Shown in pieces: positions 44,706 through 55,945 of a stretch of 64,000 nt of DNA. Origin of the DNA: an uncultured Nitrososphaerota archaeon (GTDB taxonomy: Archaea > Thermoproteota > Nitrososphaeria > Nitrososphaerales > Nitrosopumilaceae); contig CAWGPD010000004.1 in the NCBI GenBank assembly GCA_963824385.1, positions 544,001-608,000 on the forward strand, written 5' to 3'. Both the position numbers and the translations under genes were made by a program. Below the pieces are notes generated by a model. The model searched no databases. It was not told where the DNA came from and saw nothing but the letters and a program-made list of their open reading frames with translations. Position 1 is the first letter of the stretch. Each line of letters opens with the position of its first letter.

Positions 44706-44737
44706 TATTTGTAATTATGATACAGTTAAAAATTTAA

Positions 44738-45652
44738 TCAGAGCCCAAGATTTGAGATGGCACCTTTGACGCTCTCTACTCCCTTTTTGAACCACTCTTT
44801 TTCATTTGAATCCAGATCCAATTCTATTATTTTCTCAACACCATTTTTACTTATAACTGCTGGAACACCAATAGTGACATCAGAGTAACCATATTCTCCA
44901 TCAAGATACGTTGCCACAGGAATAACCTGTCTTGTGTTTTTCAATACGGCCTCTATGATTGTAGATATTGCATTTCCCGGGGCATGAACTGTTGCACCCT
45001 TTAGTTCTATTACCTTTGCTGCAACTTGCCTTGTACCCTGTACAATTTCTTCGATCTTTTCCTTTGATAAAATTGAAGAGAGGGGTATTCCAGATATAGT
45101 AGAAAATCTCGGAAGGGGTAACATGTTTTCACCATGTTCGCCCACTACAAGTGCACGTATAGAATTTCTCGAGTAACCAGTAGATTCATGTATGAATTGT
45201 GTAAATCGGGACAAATCAAGCATGCCACCCATTCCAAATATCCTATTTCTTTGAAAGCCTGAGACTTTGTATGTGAGGTATGCCATTGGATCTAATGGAT
45301 TAGTTACTGGAACAATCATTGCATCTTTAGCATATTTTTGTATATTTTCTACAACACCTTTTACTATTGACGCATTTATTTTTAGAAGATCCATTCTTGT
45401 CATCCCAGGTTTTCTACCAGAACCAGCAACAACAACTACAATGTCAGAGCCCTTCATTTCAGAATAATCATTAGAACCTCTAACGTTTACATCAATTCCT
45501 TTTTCTGCCAACATGTGATTTATGTCCATAGCCTCTCCTTGTGGAAGACCCTGAACAACATCCAATAGCAATATTTCATCTGTAACTTTTCTAAGAGCTG
45601 TAAATAATGCAGCTGCTCCACCCACTTTTCCCGAGCCAATAATTGTAATCAT
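44738..45652 (-). CDS. mdh: Malate dehydrogenase (LDH-like)
   Basis: [26 protein letters not shown]. Confidence 0.94.
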   Translation of the reverse strand: MITIIGSGKVGGAAALFTALRKVTDEILLLDVVQGLPQGEAMDINHMLAEKGIDVNVRGSNDYSEMKGSDIVVVVAGSGRKPGMTRMDLLKINASIVKGVVENIQKYAKDAMIVPVTNPLDPMAYLTYKVSGFQRNRIFGMGGMLDLSRFTQFIHESTGYSRNSIRALVVGEHGENMLPLPRFSTISGIPLSSILSKEKIEEIVQGTRQVAAKVIELKGATVHAPGNAISTIIEAVLKNTRQVIPVATYLDGEYGYSDVTIGVPAVISKNGVEKIIELDLDSNEKEWFKKGVESVKGAISNLGL

Positions 45653-45768
45653 AAAATGCCCTCCATGTAATCTCTAATTAAACTTGACTGTCTTTTATCA
45701 AAATTTCGGATATAGTATTTCTTCAACTAAATTACAATTTATATGCATTCCAGTATGTTTAGAAAATC

Positions 45769-47001
45769 ATGGTGCTTGTAATTGATGCACAGATAGCTGG
45801 AATCTCTGGAGATATGTTACTTTCTTCGCTAGTCAGCATAGGTGCAAACAAGTCCAAGGTTATAGATGGCATATATTCAGTTGAAGAGTATCTCAAAGGT
45901 TCTAAAATTACAAAAGTAGATTTTGATAAAGTTATAAAACATGGAATAGAGGCAACGCATCTTGTTTTAGAGGTAAATGAAAATCATCACGAACGAAAAG
46001 GAATGGAAATTCAAGAATGCATATTGTCAACATCAGATAAGATAGGTTTATCTGAAAAAGCTAAAGTTTTTGCAAAGGAAAGCATTAGATCATTACTTCA
46101 TGCAGAATCAAAGATACATGGAGAACCTTTGGAATCAGTGCATTTTCACGAAGCATCAAGTATTGATACTGTCATAGATATAATTGGTTCAGCTATTGCA
46201 TTAGATGATCTAAAATTATTTTCAGAGCAAATTATTTCAACACCAGTGGCAGTGGGTGGTGGAACTTTAACTTTCTCTCATGGAACTACATCTAATCCTG
46301 CAAGTGCTATACTGGAAATATTCCGTGGTTCAGACACAATAATTTGTGGAGGACAGATCAGAGAGGAACTCACCACACCTACTGGTGCAAGCCTACTTGT
46401 GAATTTGTCAGATAGATGCTCAGAATTTTATCCAACAATGAAAATAAAATCAATAGGATATGGCGCTGGAAACAAGAATTTTGATGGTTTCTCCAATGTT
46501 TTGAAAATTGTTAGAGGAGAATCAACAGGTGAATTTCAGTTAGATACGGTACAAATTCTTGAAACAAACCTAGATGATGTTTCTGGCGAGACAATTGGAC
46601 ATATGATTGACAAGATAATTGCAAATGGTGCAAAAGATGTAACCGTAACAGGAGCTATAACAAAGAAGGGAAGACCGACCAATCTTGTTTCCATAATATG
46701 CGATCCATCTGTTACAAATAGCTTGATGAGTATACTCGTTTCAGAGACTGGAACTTTAGGCGTACGAGTAAGATCCTCTAGTCGATATATTGTTCCAAGA
46801 ATAACTGTCACAGTACCCATTCTCTTACAAGGAAAAAATTTCGCTGTGAGATGTAAGATTGTAAAACAGGATGAGATTGTAAAGCATTTCAAAGTTGAAT
46901 CAGACGATATCAAGTCAATCTCAGAGTCATTGTCATTACCATTTAAAGCGGCATCAGATTTGATATCAGATGAAGTCAAACGGAGACTAGACATAAAATG
47001 A
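45769..47001 (+). CDS. larC: Nickel insertase LarC
   Basis: AGISGDM, HFHE, ELTTPTGA, ETNLDD, KKGRP, ETGTLGVR. Confidence 0.94.
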   Translation: MVLVIDAQIAGISGDMLLSSLVSIGANKSKVIDGIYSVEEYLKGSKITKVDFDKVIKHGIEATHLVLEVNENHHERKGMEIQECILSTSDKIGLSEKAKVFAKESIRSLLHAESKIHGEPLESVHFHEASSIDTVIDIIGSAIALDDLKLFSEQIISTPVAVGGGTLTFSHGTTSNPASAILEIFRGSDTIICGGQIREELTTPTGASLLVNLSDRCSEFYPTMKIKSIGYGAGNKNFDGFSNVLKIVRGESTGEFQLDTVQILETNLDDVSGETIGHMIDKIIANGAKDVTVTGAITKKGRPTNLVSIICDPSVTNSLMSILVSETGTLGVRVRSSSRYIVPRITVTVPILLQGKNFAVRCKIVKQDEIVKHFKVESDDIKSISESLSLPFKAASDLISDEVKRRLDIK

Positions 47002-47798
47002 AACAGTTAGAAGAACTAATAAATTGGTTTGATACAAAAGAAAAAGTTCTGGTAGCTCTTTCGGGCGGAGTTGATAGTGCCCTTGTGGCATATGCTGCCC
47101 AAAAAGCTCTAGGTAAACAGGCTATTGCTGTAACAGCAGACTATAAGACACTCTCTCAGGAAGAGTTAGAATCTGCAAAGATAGTTTGTCAAGAAATAGG
47201 AATTAGACACATAATTATCGAATACAATGAACTGGATAATCCAGACTTTGTAAAAAATGATAAAAAAAGATGTTTTCATTGCAGAACTGAACTATCAGAA
47301 CATCTTCTCAGACTATCAAAAATAGAAAAAATTAGTCTCATCGTTGACGGAACTAACTTGGACGATCTTACAGAATATAGACCCGGAATTATAGCCCTAA
47401 AAGAAAATGGCATTCAAAGTCCACTAGTGGAATGTAGATTCAAAAAAGATGATGTTAGAAGAGTAGCAAGACAGATAGGTCTTTCAATTCATGACAAGCC
47501 ATCCAATTCTTGTTTAGCATCTCGCATTCCATGGGGAAATACAGTTACTGCTGAAAAGCTTGTAAGAATTGAGAAAAGTGAAATAATGATAAAACAACTT
47601 TTTGGGATAAGACAAGTAAGAGTTCGTGACTTTGGAAATAGTGCCAACATAGAAGTAGATAAAAATGAAATTGTTTTTCTCAGTGACAAAAAAAAGATGT
47701 CAGTGCTAAGAGAATATATGAATCAATTTGGATTTGATACAATCCTAGTTGATCCAAGTGGATATAGACCAGGAAGGCTCAACGTGATAACAGATTGA
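46998..47798 (+). CDS. larE: ATP-dependent sulfur transferase LarE
   Basis: PP-loop SGGVDS, RCFHC, DGTNLDD...RPG, SCLASRIP, QVRVR. Confidence 0.93.
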   Translation: MKQLEELINWFDTKEKVLVALSGGVDSALVAYAAQKALGKQAIAVTADYKTLSQEELESAKIVCQEIGIRHIIIEYNELDNPDFVKNDKKRCFHCRTELSEHLLRLSKIEKISLIVDGTNLDDLTEYRPGIIALKENGIQSPLVECRFKKDDVRRVARQIGLSIHDKPSNSCLASRIPWGNTVTAEKLVRIEKSEIMIKQLFGIRQVRVRDFGNSANIEVDKNEIVFLSDKKKMSVLREYMNQFGFDTILVDPSGYRPGRLNVITD

Positions 47799-48952
47799 TT
47801 TACTTGGATAATGCCGCATCTACACCAGTTCATGAAAAGGTCATCGAAGAGATGTTACCTTATTTTAGAGAACAGTATGGAAATCCTTCTTCCATTCATC
47901 GACATGGTAGGCTTGCAAATACAGCAATTCAAAATGCAAGGAAAAGAATAGCAGCACTCATCAATGCAGATAGTAATGAAATACTCATAACTTCTGGCGG
48001 AACAGAGTCAAACAATACTGCAATCTACGGAATAGCATCACTAAACAAAGGGAAACATATCATAACATCATCTATTGAACATGATGCAATCCTAGAACCC
48101 TGTAGATATCTTGAAAAAGAAGGATACAAAATATCTTTTCTGCCCGTAGACCATCAGGGTTTTGTAAATCTAGACGAACTTAAAAGAGAGATTTCAAGTG
48201 ATACTTGCCTGATTACAATAATGTATGCCAATAATGAAGTCGGGACAATTCAGCCTATAAAGGAAATAGCTAAGATTGCAAGAGAGAGAAACATTATTTT
48301 CCACACAGACGCGGTTCAAGCAATTGGAAAGACTCCCATAGATGTTAAGGACCTTGGAATCGATTTGCTTTCAATTTCATCTCACAAAATAAATGGTCCA
48401 AAAGGCGTTGGTGCCCTGTATATTAGAAATGGTATCAAAATATCACCTCTAATTTTAGGAGGAGGTCAAGAAAGAGGATTACGTTCAGGTACAGAGAATG
48501 TAGCAAGCATTATTGGATTTGGAATGGCATGTAAATTAGCAAAGGATAATGAGAATGAAAATATACAACATTTCAAAAAATTAACTATAAGGTTGATTTC
48601 ACGAGTTTTATCTGAAATACCATCAACTACACTTAATGGACATCCAGATGTGAGAATTCCTAATAACACTCACTTTACTTTTCTTGGTGTAAACGGAGAG
48701 GATCTAATAATAAAATTAGATGAAAATAAAATATCTGCGTCTACTGGCTCTGCTTGTTCTGTAAAGATCCAAAAAGCATCACATGTGTTAAAAGCAATGG
48801 GCTTTTCACATGAACAAGTAACAGGATCTTTACGTCTTACAGTAGGAATAACAAACACAGAAGAAGAAATTGATGAAACTGTAGATGTATTAAAAAAAGT
48901 CGTTCAGGAATTACGTGCAGTATCACCATACAAAAGTAAATACAATTTTTAA
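47795..48952 (+). CDS. iscS: Cysteine desulfurase (IscS/NifS group I)
   Basis: YLDNAAST, HTDAVQ, SSHK, STGSAC. Confidence 0.93.
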   Translation: MIYLDNAASTPVHEKVIEEMLPYFREQYGNPSSIHRHGRLANTAIQNARKRIAALINADSNEILITSGGTESNNTAIYGIASLNKGKHIITSSIEHDAILEPCRYLEKEGYKISFLPVDHQGFVNLDELKREISSDTCLITIMYANNEVGTIQPIKEIAKIARERNIIFHTDAVQAIGKTPIDVKDLGIDLLSISSHKINGPKGVGALYIRNGIKISPLILGGGQERGLRSGTENVASIIGFGMACKLAKDNENENIQHFKKLTIRLISRVLSEIPSTTLNGHPDVRIPNNTHFTFLGVNGEDLIIKLDENKISASTGSACSVKIQKASHVLKAMGFSHEQVTGSLRLTVGITNTEEEIDETVDVLKKVVQELRAVSPYKSKYNF

Positions 48953-48968
48953 AAATTCTAGATTTCCA

Positions 48969-51900
48969 TTATGGAAGAACTTGAATTGTATATTGACTAT
49001 TATCTATGAGTGGCACTAGAGAATCCATTCCATTCCAGACATAGACTTCGGCAGAATAAACTCCAGGTGATGTTGGTGTCCATTGGAGTTCTTCGTTCAT
49101 AGTAGACAGATTTGCAAGATTATCTTCAGACCATTTTAGGAAAACAACTTTATTGTTACTATCTTTTATCTGGACAATATAAGAGATATTTTGATAATTA
49201 GAATAATTATTGTTTGTAATCATGCTCTGAAAATTTATTGCTTGTCCAACATGTGGATTTTGAAGTAATGGCCTTCCAGAGCTATCACTAATTTGTGTTG
49301 ACTTGGAAACTGTGTTGTATGGTACTGTAGTGATTGCAGATTGTGTTGTAGATTGTGCTGTGGCAGAAGAGGCAACTATTGCAGGTATTATAACGGACCT
49401 ACCAAATTGATCTCTATAATCATGATACCATGCCTGAACACTACCTCCAACAGAGGATATTAGAGCAGTGCCATCCTCATTACATATCTGTGATGGCATT
49501 TTAAAAATGCCCTGGAATATTCCAGTACCTGGTCCTGTTTCAGTTAGTGTAAAACCCGTAGCTGCAAGTCCCCCATAATTGACTCCATCTATCGTACAAT
49601 GATGAAATCTAAATCCCTTAATCCAAACTTCTAGGAGTATGTTTCCATCATTATCTCCAACGGTATCATCAGCTGGAGAACCAGGATCGTTTACACTTGA
49701 ATAAGTTACAATGGTATCAGCATCAGTAGTGAGATCTGGGTCATTGACTGTAATTGTAACATCTGAGCCAATTCTATAATTTGATGAATCAAGTGTCACT
49801 ATACCAGTATGTGTAGGAAGATTACTTTGTGATGTTACAGGTGTTGCTGATCCTCCTTGTTGACTACCTATGATTGAAAAGTGTATTGCGTTAGCATCTG
49901 TAAGTTCGTTACTTACAAGAAATTTAATATTACTACCAAAAGTACTAAGACTTTTAATCAAATTAGGATCAAACTGATTTAATTGATTTATTACCGCATA
50001 CTCCATTGTTCCAGTAAATACACCTGAATTGGCAGATGTTTCTTGTAGTTCTGCTCTGTAGATAGCATTGTTTACTTGTTGTTCATTTTTACTTCCAAAG
50101 GAAAAAAGATCAAAGACTATTGGTTGAGTATCGCTTGGATTTGAAAACTCACCTGAAGTATTGAAATTAATTTCTAAATATACTGGAAGACCAGATGAGA
50201 TTGATGCAATAGATGCCACGGTGGCATCGCTTATCTGAACTAAGCCATTACCAGAATCAATTGTTCCTGGTGCTAAGATTTGTACTGGCAAGTTCCCAAC
50301 AGAACCAAAATACAGTGTCATACTGGTACCAGAGAATGAAGTTATGCCTAGTTGTTGTTGAAAAGATCTTAAATCATAATTTATCCAATTAGTTCCATTT
50401 GAATTTGGTTGACTTGTATCTATGAGTAAATTCTGAAGGGAATTGGCTGAAATACCAAGATTTATTGTGATTTTCTGGAAATTAGACATTGATTGACTCC
50501 TAGTATCCACTATCAGTCTCAGGGAATTGCTATCAAATACAGCAGATGGAACTGTAAGAGTGCTAGAAGTATTATAGAATGTAACATCTGAGGAGCTACT
50601 CAATGTAATTGGAGTTCCAATCTCCAAGGTCGGTATTCTTGCTGAACTTCTAAAAACATCTAGTTGATCAATCTGATTTGAATTAAGATTTTGAGTATTA
50701 TCTACTAGAGTGATTGTTTCTTTTTGACCTGGATTAAATTGACTTTGAGCAGTACCAACAGTAAGACTTCCTGTAGAAGTACCAGAAACAATAGAAACAC
50801 TTTGTTGATCATAAGTAATAGAACCAGAGTTACCCCTAGGAGCATTTGGTAGTGTTCCAATTGTAGATATGCTAGCATAGGAGCTTTCAAAAATTCCAGT
50901 ATGTGGTCCTGTTTCTACAAAAGTTACCAATTGGTTGTACATGCCATTAAGTGATGAACTTGTTTGAAGAGAATTAGTTTTCAGATTTACTACATTTGAT
51001 GCATCCATACTTAACTTTCCGTTATCTTGGAATCCAAGATTACTTAGATACGGTAATAGATTTACTAATCCAGATCCACTTGCACTCCTACCAGATTCTG
51101 AAAAGGCCTGGTAAAAGGTTGCCTGAGGGGAACCAACATTGAATGTCCACGAGTTTTGAGATGTAGGATCTATACTCAATTCAATATCATTTATTGTTGC
51201 AAAAACATCTGAACCAGCTGGATATGCATTTCTGTCAAGACTTTATTGATATATTTGGAATGTTAGAAGAATAAGTAAGGTCTACACTTTGTGTACCTGT
51301 TGAGCCATCATATTCAATGTGAACATTATCACTTAAAGTAAAAAGTTGGATGAGAGGCCATACATTTGGATTAATCCCTATTTGTCCCACTGGAACTTTT
51401 GGATTTGTATTTAGCGATGGAGGATTTCGTACAACATTATTTTGACTTGATGGAGATGTTGCATTACCAGTACATGAATTAAAGCCAGTATTTCCCTGAG
51501 TCGTACCAGACAATCCTGCAGAATCTGGAATTGCCACTCCATCAGTCTGGGAAATATCTATTCCTAGAACTGACGCAGATGTAGACCCAGAACAAAAAAC
51601 ACCAAAGTCAGTACTCTGACCTGGTGCACCAGAAAGTGCTGCTTGATCAGCCTGTTTTGCCATATCAGTATTTGCAAAAAAGCCATACCAATTACTATCA
51701 GAACCCTGAACCATTCGAAGACGTTTTCCAGCTACAGAAACGTTTGGCTCACCTAATGCTTGATCTAATTGATTACTAGCTTCGGTCACCATAACTTCAA
51801 CTACCATTGGTCCAGAAAAATAATTATTAAAAAGACTATTTTCTGCAGAGACAAAAAGATTAGGATGATCCGAATAGGCCTTTGCGTTAGGTAGCGTCAT

Positions 51901-51999
51901 TGGTGGAATCATCATTGAAAGAACCAGAAGGAGAATCAGAATTTTATACAACTTTCTAATATGAGAAGATGTACAAGATAATGTTATCGAATAATTCAT
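48969..51999 (-). CDS. Large secreted S/T-rich surface (S-layer-related) protein; frameshift near 51235
   Basis: Signal peptide; recurring ETGPHTGIF / ETSANSGVF / ETGPGTGIF; Ig-like C-terminus WTPTSPGVY. Confidence 0.78.
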
Positions 52000-52070
52000 G
52001 TCATTTATGATAGATGAATCACGTCATGTTCATACCAAGTTTTAACTAAGGGTCAGAATTCAGACGCATT

Positions 52071-52586
52071 GTGGTAAAACCTATACCAATCATAATAACA
52101 AGTGGAATACTTGTATTTGTTGGCTTTGCCATAACAGTATATCAATCTCAATCAACTGCTGAAAATCTTGTAAATCAACAACAGACCTTGAGTGTTGGGA
52201 CACAAATGAATATTACAAAAGTAATGGATTCAAATAACAATAGAAAAGAAGTATACGGTATTCAGGTAACTGATTTAAAAAATGATGACAATATCAAGGC
52301 AGTTATAATTGATCCAAATGGAAATACAATAATAACAAGATCTGTTACTAAAAGTCCAATTCAGGAAATTTTCAAGATTTCCACATCTGGTAATTACACT
52401 TTACAAATACAGAATCAAGGACAGAGAGAAATTCAGATTCTTGGATTTATAGGATACTATCCACAAGGTATAGAATCAGATGAGACTTCTGGTTCCATCA
52501 CACCCATCATACTTATCATAGGTCTTTCTGGACTTGCAGTTGGCATAATGTATCTTATTAAAAATCGTGCCAGGCCTCAATCTTAG
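52071..52586 (+). CDS. Hypothetical membrane protein (N- and C-terminal TM)
   Basis: Two hydrophobic helices flanking a beta-rich domain. Confidence 0.75.
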   Translation: MVKPIPIIITSGILVFVGFAITVYQSQSTAENLVNQQQTLSVGTQMNITKVMDSNNNRKEVYGIQVTDLKNDDNIKAVIIDPNGNTIITRSVTKSPIQEIFKISTSGNYTLQIQNQGQREIQILGFIGYYPQGIESDETSGSITPIILIIGLSGLAVGIMYLIKNRARPQS

Positions 52587-52894
52587 TTCAAAAATTGATC
52601 TAGTTCCGTTAGTCCATCAACTACATTTTTAAAATTATCATCACTTTCCATAATTTTATTAAGTTTGTTTAAATCAGCTCTAAAAATTTCATGTCCATCG
52701 TTTTGATTTATTACAACAAAATGGTGTTCTATTACATATGAGAGATGTTCTTTTATCTGATCTGATGATAAATGTAGCTTATCTGTCAAATATGTAGAAT
52801 CTTTTTCTCCACTTTCAAGTTCTGCAAGAATAGATGATATTTTTGGATCTACCAAAGTTTCCATCATTTTTTGTCTATCAAAACTTTCAGTCAA
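52583..52894 (-). CDS. Winged-helix (ArsR-like) protein
   Basis: LVDP...ILAELE...HLSYVIE pattern. Confidence 0.65.
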   Translation of the reverse strand: MTESFDRQKMMETLVDPKISSILAELESGEKDSTYLTDKLHLSSDQIKEHLSYVIEHHFVVINQNDGHEIFRADLNKLNKIMESDDNFKNVVDGLTELDQFLN

Positions 52895-52896
52895 AT

Positions 52897-54237
52897 TTAC
52901 CAGTTGTTCCTAGAGTTAAGTATTTTTTTCTTGTTAGATATAAAATCACTTATTAAAACTCTATCAATTTTTTCTGGATTTATATAATATGCTCTTCCCT
53001 TCAGATGTTTTTCAAGACTTTCAACATAACTCAACAATTCTGCTTCTTCACTTACCATGATGGTATCAATTTCAATACCCTCTTTTCTACATTTTTTTGC
53101 CTCGTGTAATGTTTTTGATTCTACTGCAGGATCAACTTGCTTATACCGATAACACAGATAGACCATCTCATTACCTATATCCAGTTTTACATCCCTTTCA
53201 TTTTTTATTTTAGAAAGAGTTGCTTGATCCGGCCTATAAAAGTGTGAATATGGCTTATCTGAGAGTATAGCATTTTTTTGTGATTCGTCATCTACAAAAC
53301 ATGCACTTGGTTGACCATCAGTTATCATAACAATTCTTTTATTTTGTGAACCATCTTTTTTTAGAATCTTTAATGATAACCTTAAAGCTGCTTGATAATT
53401 TGTATAATGAAGAAAATTATCATTGGCGTCATAGGTTTTCAGATATGGGATATCACGAGGATTGATTTGTGATGCAAGTGAACCAAAACCTACAATGTAA
53501 ATAGAATCATTAGGAAAGAATTTTTTATTTAATACATATAGCGCCCACAAAGCCTTTTTTGCTGCTTCTATTCTAGTTCCCTCTCCAGAACTTAGAGCGT
53601 ATTTCATTGTAGAGCTAAGATCTATACAGTATACAACTCCAACTTTTACCTCTTCTTTTGTTTCAAATTTTTCAAAATCATCAAATTCTATTTCAAGTGG
53701 GAATTTTATGGGTTCATCATTACTTTTTTTTCGCTGTATTACATTTAATATCGTCTTTGGCACATTCAAATGTTTGATGTCATCTCCTACTTCGAGTTTT
53801 TTTGTAGTATCAAGAATTGTATCACCTAATCCAATATTTTTAGTTTCATGAAAACCAGAGCCACTCTCATTAATTGCTTTTATTATATCTCCAAGCATTT
53901 TTTGTCCAATTTCAAAAAAAGCTTTCTTTGTTAACCATTTTTTGTCATCTTTAAGATAACCAAGTTTTTGCAAGTATTTTGTCATAGGTTCACTATTTCC
54001 ATCTACTTCTGTTTCTTGTTGACCATCATTTTTTGCTTGATTTTTGGTTGTTTCCTGTAGTGTACCTTCCAGGATGCTTTCCAAATCTTTCATTGATGGA
54101 GTTTTTTCCTTCAAGATTTGACTTGCAATTGTTTTTAGAGCTTGTTTCAGTGATTCATCAGATATTTCTGATGAGGCATTTTCAGATGTATTATTTTCAT
54201 TTTGAAAATATACAAAGTTAGTAGTATTAGCTCGCAA
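52897..54237 (-). CDS. VWA-domain protein
   Basis: MIDAS-like DLSSTM, TNYQAAL, MITDGQP. Confidence 0.88.
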   Translation of the reverse strand: MRANTTNFVYFQNENNTSENASSEISDESLKQALKTIASQILKEKTPSMKDLESILEGTLQETTKNQAKNDGQQETEVDGNSEPMTKYLQKLGYLKDDKKWLTKKAFFEIGQKMLGDIIKAINESGSGFHETKNIGLGDTILDTTKKLEVGDDIKHLNVPKTILNVIQRKKSNDEPIKFPLEIEFDDFEKFETKEEVKVGVVYCIDLSSTMKYALSSGEGTRIEAAKKALWALYVLNKKFFPNDSIYIVGFGSLASQINPRDIPYLKTYDANDNFLHYTNYQAALRLSLKILKKDGSQNKRIVMITDGQPSACFVDDESQKNAILSDKPYSHFYRPDQATLSKIKNERDVKLDIGNEMVYLCYRYKQVDPAVESKTLHEAKKCRKEGIEIDTIMVSEEAELLSYVESLEKHLKGRAYYINPEKIDRVLISDFISNKKKILNSRNNW

Positions 54238-55861
54238 CGTATGTACCCTCTTTCTTATCTAGGATTTTAGGTTCTATCCAGCAAAGACCATCAAGAACTA
54301 ATTCTACAACACCAGCTTTAACCTCACTTTGTGTATTTTCAGAAATAATTAGAGTAGAATTAGAAATTTCATGCTTTTTAGTTTCTTTTACAAAGTCTTC
54401 CTGATCAGAGGTAATTTTTTGATATACATTAGTAACCAAAGTTAGGAGGGAATTGAAATTCTTCAATTGATTATTGTATGATGTTTGCATACTATTTGAC
54501 CCAAGTATTGCTTGTGATACTTGAAATGATTTACCTAGAAATTCTTTTTTTATCGAGTCAAAAATGCTTGAATCCACACCCGATAGATATTCCAGAGATG
54601 TTTCTTTCATAGCACTAGTGATTAGATTTTTTAGAACTTTTGTACGATTTTCAGTTACATCATCAAGTTCGGCAAGTTCAAACTTTACGGATTGAGCAAT
54701 AGAAAATATATCACATGGTCTTGGTACTGCCATGATGTTATGAATTAGAGATCTAGTCCTTTCTGCTTCTCCTACAAGTAATTCTAGACTATGTACTCCC
54801 ATTCTGACACTCACACCTTTATCTTGATTAATTTCATTACTAGCACGAGCAGCTTGGACAATCCTAGTTAAAATTTTCAACAAGAATACAGGAATAAGTG
54901 ATTTCGGTATTTTTGCTTCCTGTATTATTATTAGCATTTCATCAAGAAGTGATCTTGGATAATGAGTTTGAATGTGACTTTTTAGTCTATCATAAAGTGG
55001 TTCAATTATTTTTCCAGAATGAGTATAATCTATAGGATTTGCAGTTGCAAAAAATACGGTTTTTGGTTCAAAGATAACTGGATATGAACCAGTTGTGAAT
55101 CTCCCTTCTTGTAATACAGACAAGAGTGCTACTTGTTTTCTTGTATCAAGAACAGGTAATTCATCAATACAAAATAATCCATGTTTTGCTTGCATTAATT
55201 GACCTGGAGAATAAGATTCAATTTCATACATTTCTGCGCCTTTCTTTGTTATCTTGATTGCATCTATCTGGCCAACTAAATCTTTTACAGATATATCAGG
55301 AGTTGCCAACACATACTTGAATCTGTGTTTACCGTCAACCCATTCGATTTGAGTATCAAGTTTATTATTACGAATTTTTTCTACACTGTCACCATCAACA
55401 TAAAATTTTGGAATTGACATGTAATTTTCTTTATCATCTAATAATGATATTAGATCATTTGGTGGAAGATCCATAGGACAATCATTTGTTATGCTACCTC
55501 GAATTAGAGGCATTGGAGAAAGCAGTGTTTCCGCAATTGTTTGTGCTATCCTAGTCTTTGCCTGTCCTATCTGACCTACCAAAATCATATCATGGCATGA
55601 GAGTATGGCCCTATCCAAGGCAGGAATAACATCATCATCAAAGCCAATTATCCCAGGATATGTGGCACTCTTTGATTTTATCTTTAAAATTAAATTTCTA
55701 CGAAGTTGTTCCTTTGCACTAACGATTTTATAATTAATTTCTAGAAGATCTCTTAATGTCTTAATTTGTTTATAGTCTTCAGGAACACCAGCTAGAATTT
55801 CAGTATACTTTGGTTCTGAACCATAACTTCTATTAACAAGATTTTCAAGTTCTTGAGTCAA
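54227..55861 (-). CDS. AAA+ ATPase, Mg-chelatase/MoxR-like
   Basis: GQIGQAKT, IDELP, ATANP, DRL. Confidence 0.88.
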   Translation of the reverse strand: MTQELENLVNRSYGSEPKYTEILAGVPEDYKQIKTLRDLLEINYKIVSAKEQLRRNLILKIKSKSATYPGIIGFDDDVIPALDRAILSCHDMILVGQIGQAKTRIAQTIAETLLSPMPLIRGSITNDCPMDLPPNDLISLLDDKENYMSIPKFYVDGDSVEKIRNNKLDTQIEWVDGKHRFKYVLATPDISVKDLVGQIDAIKITKKGAEMYEIESYSPGQLMQAKHGLFCIDELPVLDTRKQVALLSVLQEGRFTTGSYPVIFEPKTVFFATANPIDYTHSGKIIEPLYDRLKSHIQTHYPRSLLDEMLIIIQEAKIPKSLIPVFLLKILTRIVQAARASNEINQDKGVSVRMGVHSLELLVGEAERTRSLIHNIMAVPRPCDIFSIAQSVKFELAELDDVTENRTKVLKNLITSAMKETSLEYLSGVDSSIFDSIKKEFLGKSFQVSQAILGSNSMQTSYNNQLKNFNSLLTLVTNVYQKITSDQEDFVKETKKHEISNSTLIISENTQSEVKAGVVELVLDGLCWIEPKILDKKEGTYVAS

Positions 55862-55945
55862 TGTAGTAAATACTCTTTAAATCTGATTTAAACTGTTATT
55901 ATTTTAGTATGGTTTTTATCGGGGGTGAGGGGGATTTTTTAATAC

